A stretch of 64,000 nucleotides of DNA, from the IMG/VR virus record IMGVR_UViG_3300033121_000376, positions 8,728 to 72,727 of that record; one strand, written 5' to 3'. This document shows positions 9,925 through 19,402 of this stretch, in pieces. The first letter of the stretch is position 1, and the number at the start of each line of letters is the position of its first letter. The notes under the pieces were generated by a model, which was not told where the DNA came from, ran no database searches, and worked only from the letters and a program-made list of their open reading frames with translations. The DNA comes from a virus. Lineage: Duplodnaviria; Caudoviricetes. The translations under genes and the position numbers were made by a program.

Positions 9925-10583
9925 GCGTTAACAGCTATAATCACATTGAAACCATCAAGTTTCGGATCTGTAGGATGTACTGCGTCCATAATGACGGTTC
10001 TCTCTATGCCATCCAGACCCCAAAAGGTTTTTACAGCTCGGACTACTCTGCTCATTTCCGCACCTGAGTCGGGAATTTCAGCATCCATAGAAAATCTATG
10101 CCCAGTCGGGTATCTAGGCAATAAGAACGTGTCGTCGATTGCAACGAGGTCTTCCAGGTCTGTGACTCCTGCCACTAATTGCTCACCACTGATCAAGTTT
10201 CTCAAATGCAATTCGGACAGTTCTTCGGTGTCGGCGTCTCTTAATGTTTCGGTGATTATCAATGGGCTTAGATACTCTTTATCTCCCACTAGACTGTTTG
10301 TAGAAAGTACCAAACCACCTACGCCAAATACAGAATCGCGCACTACTTCTACACCGGAAGCATTCATAATCTGAAACGCATTTTCACAACGTCGGTTGTA
10401 AATAGAAACGCAAACCAGCTTCATTCCAGTACGCGAGGGAAACGTGGCCAATACGTGATACACACAGTCGTGGTGTTCTACTTCATAGCCTGGAAGTATC
10501 GGAAAGTGTGAGTAATCCTCACACATTTCCAGAGGTTGTCTTGGTAACATTGCGTCTAAAATTGCGCTTAATATTTTACTCAT
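9921..10583 (-). CDS. hypothetical protein
   Basis: 220-aa ORF overlapping its neighbours. Confidence 0.65.
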   Translation of the reverse strand: MSKILSAILDAMLPRQPLEMCEDYSHFPILPGYEVEHHDCVYHVLATFPSRTGMKLVCVSIYNRRCENAFQIMNASGVEVVRDSVFGVGGLVLSTNSLVGDKEYLSPLIITETLRDADTEELSELHLRNLISGEQLVAGVTDLEDLVAIDDTFLLPRYPTGHRFSMDAEIPDSGAEMSRVVRAVKTFWGLDGIERTVIMDAVHPTDPKLDGFNVIIAVNA

Positions 10584-10854
10584 CTTGAGATCTCCAAAAA
10601 ATTTCTAGTTTGTCCAATTGCGGTGTGAGTGTCGTTTCCAGCTTCAAGATCTGGTTCAACCGAGTGGCTCCCGAAATATCCCAAGTTATTCCACCCGAGC
10701 GATTCATAGCCTCGATGGAAATCGCTTTTAGCATGCCGAAACACCGGTCTGTAGGGATATTAAAACGACGCGATACAGCGCCAATCGAGTGCCCTTTAAA
10801 CAGGCTTCGCGCCACTTCGAGGTGACGTGCTCTGGATTTTTTCGGAATATTCAC
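10576..10854 (-). CDS. hypothetical protein (possible HTH)
   Basis: 92-aa ORF with GGAG RBS. Confidence 0.55.
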   Translation of the reverse strand: MNIPKKSRARHLEVARSLFKGHSIGAVSRRFNIPTDRCFGMLKAISIEAMNRSGGITWDISGATRLNQILKLETTLTPQLDKLEIFWRSQDE

Positions 10855-10913
10855 TGTGGTTCTCCTGACTGTTGTTAAAAGGCGGCATTTCTGCCGCCTG
10901 TACCGCTTACGAA

Positions 10914-11516
10914 TTAGAATGGGATGTCATCGTCAAAGGTTGTATGGTCGCCGCCAAACTCTTGGTTTTCCTCGTCGTCAAATCCAATGTCCTCGAAATC
11001 GTCAGAGGTTGCAGCAGCCGCTCCACCAAACGCTTCACCGTGTTTCACAAATTGAACGGCTACTAATCCAGCTCGGATACCTTTTCCAAACTTGTTATCC
11101 TGCGCCCAAACATCGATGGACATGTTCACGTATACACCAGAGTAAATAAGGCCCGAACTTTCCGTAATTATAGTTTTACCGTCTCGACCAACAATTTTAG
11201 GTGGACCATCTTTCAAGGCACGGGTTGCACTGACTATCATGTGTCCAGCCGCCCCATTGAAGTCCTTAAGATCTCCGTCAGCGTACATACACTGCTTTGG
11301 ATTAGCCATGATCTGCTTGTAAACTGTAGATGCTTTGTCGCCCCACTTCTCTTTAGCAACATCCTGCATTGTTTTGACAACCTTCTTGCAGTTGTCATCG
11401 CCTTTTTCTAGCAGAGCTAGCGTCCTGTAGTTAAACGGTCCAGTTCCTTGATACTGAACCGCTGTAAACAGGTCTGGAAATGAAAGGCGAACTTCTTTCA
11501 GTACTATTCTCGGCAT
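10914..11516 (-). CDS. DUF2815 family ssDNA-binding protein
   Basis: VRLSFPDLF...IYSGVYVN...GIRAGLVAVQFVKHGEAFGG and acidic DDIPF tail. Confidence 0.9.
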   Translation of the reverse strand: MPRIVLKEVRLSFPDLFTAVQYQGTGPFNYRTLALLEKGDDNCKKVVKTMQDVAKEKWGDKASTVYKQIMANPKQCMYADGDLKDFNGAAGHMIVSATRALKDGPPKIVGRDGKTIITESSGLIYSGVYVNMSIDVWAQDNKFGKGIRAGLVAVQFVKHGEAFGGAAAATSDDFEDIGFDDEENQEFGGDHTTFDDDIPF

Positions 11517-11537
11517 AAAGCCCTCACTTTTTGGTTT

Positions 11538-12923
11538 CTAAAAATCACTGTCGCTAAACTCCACGTCGTGCAACAGGTTTGGGTTGGTTGACATGTCGTT
11601 AAAATCAAGCGTATCTGATAGGGCGACTCTACTATCTTCCATGAGTGCTACAACAGGTTTGGGCGGATCTTGTTCGATGAATTGGCTTAAACGGTTCAGT
11701 AGTTCTGGATATTTCTTAAACCGTCTGTCGGCTTCTGCAGGCGAAATAGGAACAGTCTTGAACAGGGCTTCGTACTTAAAACCGGATGTATTCATAGCGT
11801 GTTTAAGCTCTCTTTCTCTATCCGTCACCATGTTGGAACACCATTTTCGATTTCCTTTTCGACCGTTAACCAGTTTGTACCGACCGTCTTGTTCACCACT
11901 AATCATTCTGGCATGAAAAGCGTTTTCAATAGCTTCTATGTACAGTTTATGGCGGCTCACGAACGAGTATGCGTCTCCTAGCACATCCATAGGGATGACC
12001 TGAAGTTTTTTAACAGCCTCCGCATACGTCTCTTGGAAATCCAAGTTTGTAAAATCGCCATCCAAGTGAGATCCGACAAGCGCGTTCGTATCGGCTACAA
12101 CTGAGTTCGCTAACCTCGTACAAAAAGGTTTAGCTTTGCACCATTGACAGCCTTTCTCGGATGGGTGGACATATTCTTCCAACCAATCCTCTTTAGGCAT
12201 GTTCAACAAGTTTTGTTCAGCTTCTAAGCATTTATCGTGCGCCGTCTTGACGACTTCGCAAAAACTTACAATCTCCTGCAAACCTGTTTCCCACGAGTCT
12301 ATTATTTTCAAACGTGGTTGAACGATGACCATTTTGAACGTGTAGACATCTGTCAATGCAACTATAGGCGATATGTGATCGAGAGCACCTATAGCATACA
12401 GCAGCATCTGTTTGTTTCTGAAAGCCGGTACTTTTAGAAAGCCGTACTTTAGATCGACAACAATAAGCGAACTGTAATCTCCGGACAAAATAATAGCGTC
12501 AGATGTTCCATAAGCGTCTCCGATATTGGTCATAGCTCCGAAACAGACTCTACGCTCAACGAATAGCATTCCAGACTCACTCTTTACGATGTTACGAACG
12601 TGGTCTATGTACACCTGAACAGCTTCGACCATCTCATCTGTAACTTCGAACTTCATGAGTATTTCGCTATGTTTTTTAACATCCTCCGCAAAGCACTCGT
12701 AGCCAACACCCTCTTTCGTAGAGCAAACCGCTATCCACCTATCAGCAAACTCCACCGCGTCTTTATCTCGGATCAAACACTCCGAACCCAAAAAATGAGC
12801 TGCAGAACCCTCCATACCATACACGGTGTTCTCGTCTGGCAAGCCGTACTCCATAGTCGGCTTGCCTGAACAAGTCATCCAACCCTCAGCACCACTCGCT
12901 GAATACTTGTGATGAGTCGACAT
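11538..12923 (-). CDS. DUF2800 family PD-(D/E)xK (Cas4-like) exonuclease
   Basis: HHKYSAS..W..C, GTSDAII, VVDLKYG, NKQMLLYA, CQWCKAKPFC. Confidence 0.88.
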   Translation of the reverse strand: MSTHHKYSASGAEGWMTCSGKPTMEYGLPDENTVYGMEGSAAHFLGSECLIRDKDAVEFADRWIAVCSTKEGVGYECFAEDVKKHSEILMKFEVTDEMVEAVQVYIDHVRNIVKSESGMLFVERRVCFGAMTNIGDAYGTSDAIILSGDYSSLIVVDLKYGFLKVPAFRNKQMLLYAIGALDHISPIVALTDVYTFKMVIVQPRLKIIDSWETGLQEIVSFCEVVKTAHDKCLEAEQNLLNMPKEDWLEEYVHPSEKGCQWCKAKPFCTRLANSVVADTNALVGSHLDGDFTNLDFQETYAEAVKKLQVIPMDVLGDAYSFVSRHKLYIEAIENAFHARMISGEQDGRYKLVNGRKGNRKWCSNMVTDRERELKHAMNTSGFKYEALFKTVPISPAEADRRFKKYPELLNRLSQFIEQDPPKPVVALMEDSRVALSDTLDFNDMSTNPNLLHDVEFSDSDF

Positions 12924-12930
12924 TTTTTAC

Positions 12931-13182
12931 CTATCGATCCGCTTCAATTTCTTTTGTCGGAAAAAAGTCTTGAGGAACCGTAATGTTAACATCGAGACGG
13001 TTTTCACCCTCTTCGTCAACTCTAACAGCGACTCTGAGAATAGCGACACCTAATAATTCAGGAGGCATTTCAAAGTAGTGTGCTGTGAGCTGCGCTAAAA
13101 ATCTTGCGAAGTTTAGCTCTGCTACTCTAGGTTCTTCGGCAACGTTTTCTTTTCCAACAGTATCTAAATCGATTGTTGTCAT
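12931..13182 (-). CDS. hypothetical protein
   Basis: 83-aa ORF coupled to its upstream gene. Confidence 0.55.
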   Translation of the reverse strand: MTTIDLDTVGKENVAEEPRVAELNFARFLAQLTAHYFEMPPELLGVAILRVAVRVDEEGENRLDVNITVPQDFFPTKEIEADR

Positions 13183-13721
13183 TAGAAATCATCCTCTTCA
13201 TCTTCTTCAGTGCTGGCATCTGCTTCCAATTCTGCCAACCATTTAGTCAGCGTCTTGTGGATTTTGCCCCAGTGTTTTGGATCAACGTTGGACAATCTAT
13301 CCGCGCCTAACTTCTTAGCCAGTTCCTTCATGTCGTCTCCGTGTGTTGTCAGAACATCTACGCATAGAGGACGGATGTGGGCGTTAAAGAAAGCCGCGTC
13401 TCTTTCACCTTCCGGTAAACCATCTTCTTCGACAGAAGGTTTTTCGGTTTTTGTCGTTTTAGCAGAAGGTTTTTCGGTTTTTGTCGTTTTAGCAGAAGGT
13501 TTTTCGGTTTTTGTCGTTTTAGCAGAAGGTTTTTCGACTTCTTCGAACTCGCCTTCTTCAATGTCGTTATCTTTCTTGTGAGTTTTTGTGGTAGACTTCG
13601 ATTCCGCTTCCGCAGTTGTAACGCTACCGGCAGGTTGGTTCTTCTCAAGAACCTTACTGATCGCTACGGTCAATGCCGAAATTACGATTGTCAGTTCTTC
13701 GATCTTGTTTTCTAAAGACAT
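13182..13721 (-). CDS. hypothetical protein with Lys/Thr-rich repeat linker
   Basis: 179 aa; (KPSAKTTKTE)x3; first gene of the leftward replication operon. Confidence 0.7.
   Translation of the reverse strand: MSLENKIEELTIVISALTVAISKVLEKNQPAGSVTTAEAESKSTTKTHKKDNDIEEGEFEEVEKPSAKTTKTEKPSAKTTKTEKPSAKTTKTEKPSVEEDGLPEGERDAAFFNAHIRPLCVDVLTTHGDDMKELAKKLGADRLSNVDPKHWGKIHKTLTKWLAELEADASTEEDEEDDF
13433..13536. repeat. 30-bp tandem repeat, about 3.5 copies
   Basis: cagaaggtttttcggtttttgtcgttttag at 13433, 13463, 13493 and a partial copy at 13523. Confidence 0.95.
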
Positions 13722-13777
13722 ACACGTTTCTCCAAATGATAGAAATAAGTACGAGTCTATCTCAACTCGTAGTGAAT

Positions 13778-13806
13778 ATTGTACGCCTAGTTTTAAGGCT
13801 TGTCAA
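13778..13806 (-). promoter_or_regulatory. sigma70-type promoter of the leftward replication operon
   Basis: minus strand TTGACA-agccttaaaactaggcg(17 nt)-TACAAT. Confidence 0.75.
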
Positions 13807-13874
13807 CAGCTTGTTTTAAAAATCGCATTGCGGTATACTATTAGCCTTGTCGTATTTTAACTTGAGGAAATAGT

Positions 13875-14159
13875 ATGTCAGAAAATGTCGGAAGCAAACT
13901 TAAACAGTGGTTAGAGGACGCCAGCGAGGAGGATTTGCTGATGTTGGAAGATAGATCGAAGACGATTCGAAATCTCTTTTACCAATGGGTGAATGAAATA
14001 AGACAGATGTCACCTGCAAAAGCGAGTGCGGTTTCAGAGGCCATGCACTTCGTTAAGAGTTTTAACAAAGACGCTCCGGAGCCGGTAGATCGCGGGGATT
14101 TGTGCGATCTCTGTAATAGCTGCCCTCACTTTAAGGCTAGCAAGAAAGACGCTATTTAA
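13875..14159 (+). CDS. Cro-like transcriptional regulator (putative)
   Basis: small divergent ORF preceding the primase; helical N-terminus; position typical of APSE-like modules. Confidence 0.5.
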   Translation: MSENVGSKLKQWLEDASEEDLLMLEDRSKTIRNLFYQWVNEIRQMSPAKASAVSEAMHFVKSFNKDAPEPVDRGDLCDLCNSCPHFKASKKDAI

Positions 14160-14179
14160 AACTCACCTTTAATCCCCTG

Positions 14180-16753
14180 GTGTCGAAAATGTCGAAATTC
14201 AACTTTCAAGATGCGTCTGATTTTCTGCGCATCCTAGACCCGATTGCCAATACTCGATCTGTTATAGACGGATTAAAAGATGGGTTTACGTTCCAAACGT
14301 TCAACGATAGAAACAAACAGGACCGGACACTGTGCAGAGTAGTACACGGTAAGTTCAGGGATTTGTACCGAGACTTGGCACAGCTTAACGCTAACGGTGC
14401 CGGAGTCTATGTAACGATTAACGAAACCAACGGCTTAGGTCGAAAAAAAACCGATATTATCCGTACTCGTGCAGTATGGATTGAGGATGATAACGGGGAC
14501 AACGTTCCCACCCCACTGCAACCACACATTATCACTGAGACAAGTCCTAATAAATTCCACAAGTTGTTCATCGTTAAGGGGTTGACCCAAGATACGCACC
14601 AACTTTTGCAGGACATTCTAGTTCGGGATTATGGAAGCGATCCAAACGCTAGGGATATAGCGAGGGTTTTACGGTTGCCTGGATACTACCACAATAAAAA
14701 TCCGTCAGAACCTTTCCTATCAAGATTACTAAGCGCCAACCGAATACCCCCATACACCCTCGATGAAGTGTTACGGGCTTTTAATGCGGTTGTTCCAGAA
14801 GCGCCCATATATGTTTTGAATAGAAGCGCACCGGTGCCCGAAGAAGCTGAGTACGTTCCTATCACAGAGGCAGATGCTTTTAATGACGTGCTTCCTGACA
14901 TCACCCTAGAGAACTGCGTCTTGTATTTGCCTACCGACACGGATCTTCCATATAACAAGTGGCGTGACGTGGGTATGGCGCTACACCACCAATTTTCTGG
15001 CAGTGACGAAGCTTTAGCGATATTTGATTCGTGGTCTGAAGGGTTACGTGGCTACAAGGGATCTGCCGATGTCGCACACTATTGGAACTCTTTTGGGGGT
15101 GGATCAGGAAACCCAATCACTTTCCGCTATTTAATCAAGCGGTACAACTCCCTATCTCCTGCGGATAAAGCGGTTAACGCGGAGGAATTCGGAAAAAAAC
15201 TACTGGCCGATTGCGTCGATTATAGGGATTTGCTGGATTCAGTCGCGCCTAAATTGAAAACCCTGTCTAAAGACAGTAGAGCGTTGCAAATGGACTTTGT
15301 AAAACTCTTAATAGCTAGATACGCTGCGCTGCGCCCAGGTGAAAAACTCACTAAGGGAGAAGCGGAACGCGCTATGAAGCAGCAAAGTCGTTCCCGAAGA
15401 GAAGCGCATGCCGCAGGAGACGAGATCCCTACCGACACACTAGCTAGGGTGCCGGAATGGGCTAACAATTGGTGTTGGGTATCTTGCGATGAGCGGTTTT
15501 ACCACCATGTTAAAAGTATCTCGTTTTCGGAAGCCGCTTTCAATGCTCACTACAGACGTGTAGCCTCGTTGGGTGATGATTCGGTCACTAACGTAGCGGC
15601 GTATCTCAGAGATAACAACATGATTCCAATCGTGGATCAGAAACAGTATGTTCCTTGGGCTGATACCTATTTCATCAACAATGAGAATGGTTCTTTGTGT
15701 GTTAACACTTACAACCCTGCCACTCGTATGCTAGTTCCGCCAGCCGTTGAAAATCCAAACGCGGCTCAGATATTCAAACACCATATATCTAACGTGTGTG
15801 GCGGGTGGAATCGTGAGGCTATCTTACTGTGCAATTTTCTTAGGGACTGCACGGCGGAAAAACCTACAAAAATTAGGTGGGCACCTCTTGTTGTTGGTCG
15901 TCCGGGTGACGGTAAGAGTTTCTTTTACATGTTTATGCGGAAAGCAATGGGTGAACCCAATGTGAAAACTCTGACAAACAGTGTGATAACCGCTTCTACC
16001 ACTTCAGGTCAAAGTGGATGGGCTGAAGGTGGATGCTTTGCATTCATCGAGGAACTTAAACTTCACGGTCACAACCGGTTTGACGTGGCCAACGCTTTGA
16101 AACCCTACATCACTAATGACGTGGTAACGTGTCGGAAACTGTACGCGGAGACTAGAAACATCGCAAACACGCAAAATTATTTTGCAGCATCGAATTACCC
16201 TGACTGCATTCCGATTGAGAAAGGAGAACGACGGTGGTTTGTACTGTTCAACAAAATAAATGTTTCTATCGTACCGGAGAACTATTTTCAAGCTCTTCAC
16301 GATGCTTTGGAGTACGCTGGAGACATAGTAGCGTGGCTTAGAACTGTACCTAACCATCCAGATTATCAACCTGATGGAACCGCACCAGAAACTTCTGAGA
16401 AGGGTTACATGCGTGAACTATCAAGCGACGATTGGAACGAATCAATCGGTGTGACCATTGCGAACAGTACAGATCCCCATGTGTCGACTACTGTAGTGAG
16501 TTTCCACATTCTGCAATCAATGGTTGTTTACGACCCTCGTGGAGTTGACGACAATAAGGGATCTCTGACTACGAAGTTGAGGCATGCTTTGCTGGCGCTT
16601 GGATATGTGAAACTAGGAAGATCGACCATAAATGGTGTGTCCCATACCTTGTGGACTGTATACGCTGGAACAAGTACGTTAACCATTTTACAAGCCGTAC
16701 AGGAGATATTGGAACGTTTTCAGGATGGACAAGACTATTTGGAACCAATCTGA
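14180..16753 (+). CDS. primase-helicase (RepB/AEP-type primase, PriCT-2-like domain, SF3-like helicase)
   Basis: VWIEDD, ETSPNKFH, RVLRLPG; WRDVGMALH...FDSWS; Walker A GRPGDGKS, FIEELK. Confidence 0.9.
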   Translation: MSKMSKFNFQDASDFLRILDPIANTRSVIDGLKDGFTFQTFNDRNKQDRTLCRVVHGKFRDLYRDLAQLNANGAGVYVTINETNGLGRKKTDIIRTRAVWIEDDNGDNVPTPLQPHIITETSPNKFHKLFIVKGLTQDTHQLLQDILVRDYGSDPNARDIARVLRLPGYYHNKNPSEPFLSRLLSANRIPPYTLDEVLRAFNAVVPEAPIYVLNRSAPVPEEAEYVPITEADAFNDVLPDITLENCVLYLPTDTDLPYNKWRDVGMALHHQFSGSDEALAIFDSWSEGLRGYKGSADVAHYWNSFGGGSGNPITFRYLIKRYNSLSPADKAVNAEEFGKKLLADCVDYRDLLDSVAPKLKTLSKDSRALQMDFVKLLIARYAALRPGEKLTKGEAERAMKQQSRSRREAHAAGDEIPTDTLARVPEWANNWCWVSCDERFYHHVKSISFSEAAFNAHYRRVASLGDDSVTNVAAYLRDNNMIPIVDQKQYVPWADTYFINNENGSLCVNTYNPATRMLVPPAVENPNAAQIFKHHISNVCGGWNREAILLCNFLRDCTAEKPTKIRWAPLVVGRPGDGKSFFYMFMRKAMGEPNVKTLTNSVITASTTSGQSGWAEGGCFAFIEELKLHGHNRFDVANALKPYITNDVVTCRKLYAETRNIANTQNYFAASNYPDCIPIEKGERRWFVLFNKINVSIVPENYFQALHDALEYAGDIVAWLRTVPNHPDYQPDGTAPETSEKGYMRELSSDDWNESIGVTIANSTDPHVSTTVVSFHILQSMVVYDPRGVDDNKGSLTTKLRHALLALGYVKLGRSTINGVSHTLWTVYAGTSTLTILQAVQEILERFQDGQDYLEPI

Positions 16754-16760
16754 CAGTTAT

Positions 16761-16789
16761 AAAAAAGCCCCGGTTTTTAGGCCGGGGCT
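16761..16789. terminator. intrinsic terminator between convergent genes
   Basis: AAAAA-AGCCCCGG...CCGGGGCT hairpin. Confidence 0.7.
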
Positions 16790-16805
16790 CAGTATCATTT
16801 ACAAG

Positions 16806-17114
16806 TCATCGACAGAAAGTGTCTTGCCCTATGGTTTGGCAAATCCTGAAACTGTAGTTCGGAACGGGATCGCTATCTTCTCCTTGAAACCTGATCCTGT
16901 TTCCAGGCGTGTAAACAGTGAATCCAGCCCGTTTTGACACCTTAGACCCATCGGTTCCGTAAAAGTTCCCATTAACTTGGTGGTACGAAGAACTTTCAGA
17001 ACTGTACGATCTACCCTCTACCCTACGGTATTCATCTGCGTCAGAGCTTGCTGCAAAACTTAAAAAGATAAACACCAACGCAACGTATCTATCTAACACT
17101 TCTCCTACATACAT
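16806..17114 (-). CDS. small exported or membrane-anchored protein
   Basis: hydrophobic N-terminus (YVALVFIFLSFAASS) followed by a Gly/Ser-rich domain. Confidence 0.55.
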   Translation of the reverse strand: MYVGEVLDRYVALVFIFLSFAASSDADEYRRVEGRSYSSESSSYHQVNGNFYGTDGSKVSKRAGFTVYTPGNRIRFQGEDSDPVPNYSFRICQTIGQDTFCR

Positions 17115-17133
17115 AAAAATCTCCAGAAATCTG

Positions 17134-17826
17134 TTAAAAAGTCCATTCCGCGTGAAGCATCATCTTTTCATCCATGTGCAGCCTTCGTATCACATCCGTT
17201 TTATCTTTAGCAGGTCCGAATTTTAACAGGTACACAATCGCTATAAAGGTCGTAGAAGGGCGATCTTCCATGTCCTTGAATAACGTAGACATCTCAAATC
17301 CTTCTTGCACCATATCGCGTCTTATCTTACTGAGAAACACCCTACTTACATAGTATGACCAATAGTCTGAATCGTCTGAATTCTCAGATGCTGACTGTAT
17401 AACAAGATCGCCATCGAGGAAGTGTTGGGCCGCATCTTTAACAGCGTTCCAAGTACTGCCATACTTTAGCGTGTTGGCTATAGCGATAAGTTCTACAGGC
17501 GACTCTGTACCTGCCTTTTGATGCAGGAGTTTAACCTGTTCGCGCAAACTCATGTCCTCCCACCCCACTATGTCCTCATGAGGCAACAAGCATGATTTTA
17601 AATGCGCCACAAAGGGTTTTGGGTAGTACGGGGCTATCATATCTTCCGGCACAGAAGTATCGTTTTTTCCACCTGTAGAATCCTTGAAGTTTCTTCTAAC
17701 ACTATCTCGAATACTGTTGATAATTGGGGCTAAGTTCTCGTCACTAGACATTAATTTGAAAAATATCTTTGCTACCACTTCATCTATCGCTGAATCCAAA
17801 GAATCGTCGTTTACTTTTGAAAACAT
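17134..17826 (-). CDS. hypothetical protein
   Basis: 230-aa ORF with GGAG RBS. Confidence 0.65.
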   Translation of the reverse strand: MFSKVNDDSLDSAIDEVVAKIFFKLMSSDENLAPIINSIRDSVRRNFKDSTGGKNDTSVPEDMIAPYYPKPFVAHLKSCLLPHEDIVGWEDMSLREQVKLLHQKAGTESPVELIAIANTLKYGSTWNAVKDAAQHFLDGDLVIQSASENSDDSDYWSYYVSRVFLSKIRRDMVQEGFEMSTLFKDMEDRPSTTFIAIVYLLKFGPAKDKTDVIRRLHMDEKMMLHAEWTF

Positions 17827-17926
17827 ATTTATATCTCCTGGTTATTGTTAAATTTTAAAGTTGACTTGCTCAGGAAAAAGAGTAAGTCGAGTGGTTTAAT
17901 CCAGCCGCCTTGGTTAAACACTGTCC

Positions 17927-19402
17927 TTAACGTCTACTGGTAACAGCCTTATCAACCCTCTCACGAACATCCGTGAAAGTTTGTTCGTTTCTAAGCTCGC
18001 CGTTTAGAAAAACAGTCTGCAAACAGCCGTGTCGCTCCTGATCTGCCGACACCTCCTGAACTAACTCGTAGGTGTTTCCTATTCTCGACACCATAAGATA
18101 ACCTTTAGCCGATTTCTTAACGGTCTTCGAGGTCACTGGATCTTTGTATATCGGTACTGATTTTCCGTTTATGACCGCATGTGTGCTCTTAACAGCTATC
18201 CCGTGAACATCTCTGGTTACATACTGATATGTGTAAGAGCCTATGCCAAACACTACGTTGTTAGTCGCAAACCCACTGTCGTGTAGTTTTCTGAGTATGG
18301 CTTCGGCTCTTTCATAAGTTATGGAATCTCCATAAACGACACCCAAATGTGGATCTAACTCCTTAAAACCGTATGCGTTTCTAACATACCCAAACTCAAT
18401 GGCTAAAGTCGCCACTAAACCTTTCTGTATGTGCCACGGGTCTTCATGTCGCCCTGTTCCCGCAATTATATCCACAGGATCTCCAGAATCAGGTCGAATC
18501 ACAAGCTTGCCGTTACGATTCATGATGACATCCCGTAGTTTTGGAAGAATTTTCGTAACTGTGTGCCAAAAATCCCATGTATCCGACACTATTGACACCG
18601 GTCCTTCAGGATACACATTTGTAAGCAGGTGCCTCAAAAAAGCTTCTTCATCCTCCCTGCCACCGCAAGACATCACTGAGTGTTCACTGGCTGGAATTGA
18701 CGTACCTATTTCGGTATCTTCGCAACGGGCTTTGTAATAGTCCTCTGCCAAATCTATCGCAGGGATGTTGTCCGTACCTCTACATCCTGCCGCCAACACC
18801 GCAAAACCGGATATGGCTGCGGCTTTTCTTCCAGCCATCCCACGGAATGAGAAGTCGTGACCTTGATAGGGTACGAACTGAATTCCGCAAGTTAAGGTTG
18901 CATACTTCAAAAACAATTCGCGAAATGCAAAGTACGTCGTTGCAGATGTTATAGGAAGCCACAGCTCGTTACTAAGCACACACTCTAACATGTTCGTAAC
19001 CCAATAGAACTCAGGAAGCGTGTTCTTTATAGTCATGAAGGGAACGCCATAAGGAACGAAAGCCCCTTCTGGAAGTGCCTTAATATTGACCGGTAGATAG
19101 CCTAAATCGTGAAGAGCTTCTATATGTGATATGTCTACACTTGTACCTAATATCGCGTCAACACGACGTTTGTACTTGCCACAAACCTCACTCTTTTTCT
19201 GATTAAAGAACGTCGTGTTCCAGTCTCGTATCAAGTAGTCAAGAATAACGTACTGCAATCCGACAAATATAACTCCTCCAATGTTAGGGTTTGCCAACGC
19301 TCCACTTCTGGCAGTCATGTTGGAGTATATTTCAGTGGTTCCTTCGGGATATTGAAATACATGCCCAACTTTATAAACGTCTTTTTGATGTAGTGCGCTC
19401 AA
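17927..19402 (-). CDS. nadV: nicotinamide phosphoribosyltransferase-like protein (Namat candidate)
   Basis: DVYKVGH, HDFSFRG, SEHSVM, SIVSDTWD, IRPDSGDP, YGDSIT. Confidence 0.93.
   Translation of the reverse strand: MSALHQKDVYKVGHVFQYPEGTTEIYSNMTARSGALANPNIGGVIFVGLQYVILDYLIRDWNTTFFNQKKSEVCGKYKRRVDAILGTSVDISHIEALHDLGYLPVNIKALPEGAFVPYGVPFMTIKNTLPEFYWVTNMLECVLSNELWLPITSATTYFAFRELFLKYATLTCGIQFVPYQGHDFSFRGMAGRKAAAISGFAVLAAGCRGTDNIPAIDLAEDYYKARCEDTEIGTSIPASEHSVMSCGGREDEEAFLRHLLTNVYPEGPVSIVSDTWDFWHTVTKILPKLRDVIMNRNGKLVIRPDSGDPVDIIAGTGRHEDPWHIQKGLVATLAIEFGYVRNAYGFKELDPHLGVVYGDSITYERAEAILRKLHDSGFATNNVVFGIGSYTYQYVTRDVHGIAVKSTHAVINGKSVPIYKDPVTSKTVKKSAKGYLMVSRIGNTYELVQEVSADQERHGCLQTVFLNGELRNEQTFTDVRERVDKAVTSRR

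Noticed and set aside
13210-13648. Overlapping ORFs across the 30-bp repeat (13210-13581 plus, 13358-13648 minus)
   Set aside because: Shadow frames of the repeat in gene 13182-13721.
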